Shown here: positions 62,082 to 64,000 of the stretch, one piece after another
Numbering within the stretch: the stretch's first letter is position 1
Layout: each line of letters begins with the position of its first letter
Source: a virus
Lineage: Duplodnaviria > Caudoviricetes
Strand: one strand, 5' to 3'
IMG/VR virus record: IMGVR_UViG_3300028146_000001
Span: 1,381 to 65,380 of that record
Length of the DNA: 64,000 bases
Made by a program: the position numbers and the translations under genes
The notes under the pieces: generated by a model
Databases searched by the model: none
What the model was told of the DNA's origin: nothing
What the model saw: the letters and a program-made list of their open reading frames with translations, nothing else

Positions 62082-62704
62082 AAGTTGAACATTGCGAACA
62101 GGGCAGCGAAGAGTGGTTTGATCTTCACCGAGGCCGAGCTACCGCGTCTGACTTCGACAAGATCATCACGCCCAAACAGATGAAGCCCAGCGCCAGCATC
62201 GACGATCTTATCTGTCAAAAGATCGGAGAACTTGCAACGCTTGGTTCCATTATGCCGACCAGCTACATTTCTCCCGCGATGCAAAACGGGATTGCTCTCG
62301 AACCGGAAGCCCGGCGCTGGTATGAGATGGAGCGGGACGTTGAGGTTCAACAGGTCGGCATCTGCATTACCGACGATGGCAGGTTTGGCGCTTCACCGGA
62401 CGCTTTGATACCGGACAATAAGGGGGCGCTTGAACTAAAATGTCCACAACCGAAAACACACATTAGCTATCTCCTCGACGGCGGATTGCCGAACCAATAC
62501 CGCTGTCAGGTTCACGGGGAGTTGATCGTGTGCGAAGTGGATTGGGTAGACTTCGTTTCGTACTGCCCAGGGTTAGACCCGTTTATGATCCGCGTCACTC
62601 CCGATTCATTCACCGACGCCTTGCGGGAGTGCCTCGAAGAGTACCACCGACGTTTCACAGCGGCGCTGGCCAAGATTCGACTACCACAGCGAGAGAACCC
62701 ATGA
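62078..62704 (+). CDS. YqaJ/lambda-exonuclease family recombination nuclease
   Basis: QGSEEW...R...TAS, G..LEPEAR, GASPDAL, LELKCP, Y..QV.G. Confidence 0.92.
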   Translation: MKVEHCEQGSEEWFDLHRGRATASDFDKIITPKQMKPSASIDDLICQKIGELATLGSIMPTSYISPAMQNGIALEPEARRWYEMERDVEVQQVGICITDDGRFGASPDALIPDNKGALELKCPQPKTHISYLLDGGLPNQYRCQVHGELIVCEVDWVDFVSYCPGLDPFMIRVTPDSFTDALRECLEEYHRRFTAALAKIRLPQRENP

Positions 62705-63087
62705 GCCTTGTAACGACGTACTTTCTGGCTTCCGATGGGAACCTGTACGAAGCGACCTTGCGCGGAGATAATTGGTTCCTCTGTTTTGACGATGACGACC
62801 CGCCAGAACTTGTAATCAAGGGAGGCGAAGGTCAAAGTAACCAACGTGCCAGAGAAATCGCCGCTCGCTTACTCGATATAGTTGGCATCAATGCGGACTT
62901 GCTAACCGGCCCGCATCGTTCTGGACGAATTTTCAACGGTAAATCGGCCCGTTCATTCGCTTTCTTTCTCGACATTAACGAACCGATTCCTGTAGCGTTA
63001 CTGCCAGAAGGATCGAAACCAGCAAAACCGCGCGGCGATTATTGTGTTGAACTTTGTGGTGGAGTTTGGAAAAAACCGAAAGGATAG
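62701..63087 (+). CDS. hypothetical protein
   Basis: ATGA coupling. Confidence 0.55.
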   Translation: MSLVTTYFLASDGNLYEATLRGDNWFLCFDDDDPPELVIKGGEGQSNQRAREIAARLLDIVGINADLLTGPHRSGRIFNGKSARSFAFFLDINEPIPVALLPEGSKPAKPRGDYCVELCGGVWKKPKG

Positions 63088-63090
63088 CCC

Positions 63091-63342
63091 ATGAGCCACG
63101 GTATCCCGAATGATGTGGTGCAAGACTTCCTCAATATCCTTTCCGTCGCCTGTGCAAACGGCGCTGGTAACATCTCGGATGAAGAAGTTGAAACCAGAAT
63201 CGCAGAGCTTGCGAAGTTTCTGCGCCGCCTGATGGCGAAGTATCTATCGGATTCGCCAAGTCCGCATGACAAGATGAGGTTCGGAGTCGCGTTATTTGAA
63301 GCCGCATTGAAATTAGCCAAAGGAGAACCGTATGAAAACTGA
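63091..63342 (+). CDS. hypothetical protein
   Basis: AAGGA RBS. Confidence 0.55.
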   Translation: MSHGIPNDVVQDFLNILSVACANGAGNISDEEVETRIAELAKFLRRLMAKYLSDSPSPHDKMRFGVALFEAALKLAKGEPYEN

Positions 63343-63628
63343 TCCGCTCCAAACAGCTTTTCCTTGCCAAGAAATGGCAGGATGTGCCCCCGAAGCTGGA
63401 CTTACCAAGCGCGAATACTTCGCTGGACTGGCGATGCAAGGCATTCTCGCCTACGACAATGGATATGGATACACCGAAACGGAAGCTGCTGATTATCTCG
63501 GAATCCAAGTCAGCAACTACAATTGTGTCGTGCATTGGCCTATATTCGTTGCGAAGATGGCAGTTGAACAAGCCGAGGCCCTAATCGCCGCTCTTAACAA
63601 AGGAGAATCAAGTGTCAACGAAGCCTAA
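63332..63628 (+). CDS. conserved phage protein (GLTKREYFA motif)
   Basis: AFP...GLTKREYFAGLAMQGIL...AVEQAEALI..L. Confidence 0.7.
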   Translation: MKTDPLQTAFPCQEMAGCAPEAGLTKREYFAGLAMQGILAYDNGYGYTETEAADYLGIQVSNYNCVVHWPIFVAKMAVEQAEALIAALNKGESSVNEA

Positions 63629-63785
63629 AATCCCGCCTCTCCCCGAAGGATGGATCGTCGTCAACCACGGCAACATCAAGATTGGCGATCAAATCGTCAT
63701 CAAAGGCGAGTGGGTTGCTGTATCAGCGAGCGATGTTCATTCGCCAGCAGCCGCTTATCTCTGCGTAATCCGCCGAGCAAGTTGA
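63612..63785 (+). CDS. 57-aa hypothetical protein (missing from the ORF track)
   Basis: AAGGAG plus GTG; PPLPEGW...IKIGD. Confidence 0.55.
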   Translation: MSTKPKIPPLPEGWIVVNHGNIKIGDQIVIKGEWVAVSASDVHSPAAAYLCVIRRAS

Positions 63786-63819
63786 CCTTGTATCGAAACC
63801 ACCGACCGGAGTAAAAGAC

Positions 63820-64000
63820 ATGGCCGGAAAGAAGAAGGAACAGGAACCGAAGAAAGGCAACTGGATTGTCCGCTTGAAATGCGTCGTCATCAAGGAGGTT
63901 TATTGCGATGACTGCACCGAAGAAGAGGCGAGAAACAATCCGTGGGAACACGTCGAAGGCGACGAAATGGAAATCGAACAGACTGATTGGGAAGTCCAGC
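63820..64000 (+). CDS. 3'-truncated hypothetical protein
   Basis: GGAG RBS; MAGKKKEQEPK..., open to the window end. Confidence 0.55.
   Translation, partial: MAGKKKEQEPKKGNWIVRLKCVVIKEVYCDDCTEEEARNNPWEHVEGDEMEIEQTDWEVQ

Noticed and set aside
1-64000. CRISPR array or diversity-generating retroelement
   Set aside because: No regularly spaced repeat-spacer units, no reverse transcriptase motif and no adenine-variant TR/VR pair were seen by eye. The long repeats are coding.
1-64000. Stop-codon reassignment
   Set aside because: Core genes are intact in code 11 and TAA, TAG and TGA all end well-coupled genes.

Overview
The window is a 64 kb stretch of a dsDNA tailed phage genome. It is podovirus-like: portal, adaptor, nozzle and three ejection-type proteins are present, and no tape measure or sheath is seen. 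The host may be Planctomycetota, inferred only from a secreted Pro-rich protease and a secreted protein ending in a Cys/Gly motif plus RRRR. Layout: (i) 1-9989 (+), middle genes: Mom-like GNAT, HNH, tRNA-Gly, SWIM, RusA and HTH regulators. (ii) 9990-49718 (-), late module: ejection proteins, nozzle, fibre and decoration proteins, adaptor, portal, TerL/TerS, a membrane/secreted cluster with a papain-like protease and an orphan response-regulator receiver, capsid cement, major capsid and scaffold. (iii) 49.7-54.0 kb, small regulators and a ~1 kb control region. (iv) 54.0-64.0 kb (+), early genes: clamp-loader-like ATPase, ParB-like, ERF and YqaJ exonuclease. No integrase, DNA polymerase, reverse transcriptase, CRISPR array or classical endolysin was seen. 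The most notable observations are: stand-alone promoter-small RNA-terminator units, two of them chained head-to-tail, with anti-SD-like 5' seeds complementary to early-gene ribosome-binding regions; a nozzle gene whose N-terminal 58 aa appear to be encoded 6 kb away; a three-copy GGTGTACACC-N4-ACACC motif; and structured RNA leaders in the early operon. All family calls were made by eye from motifs; no searches were run.
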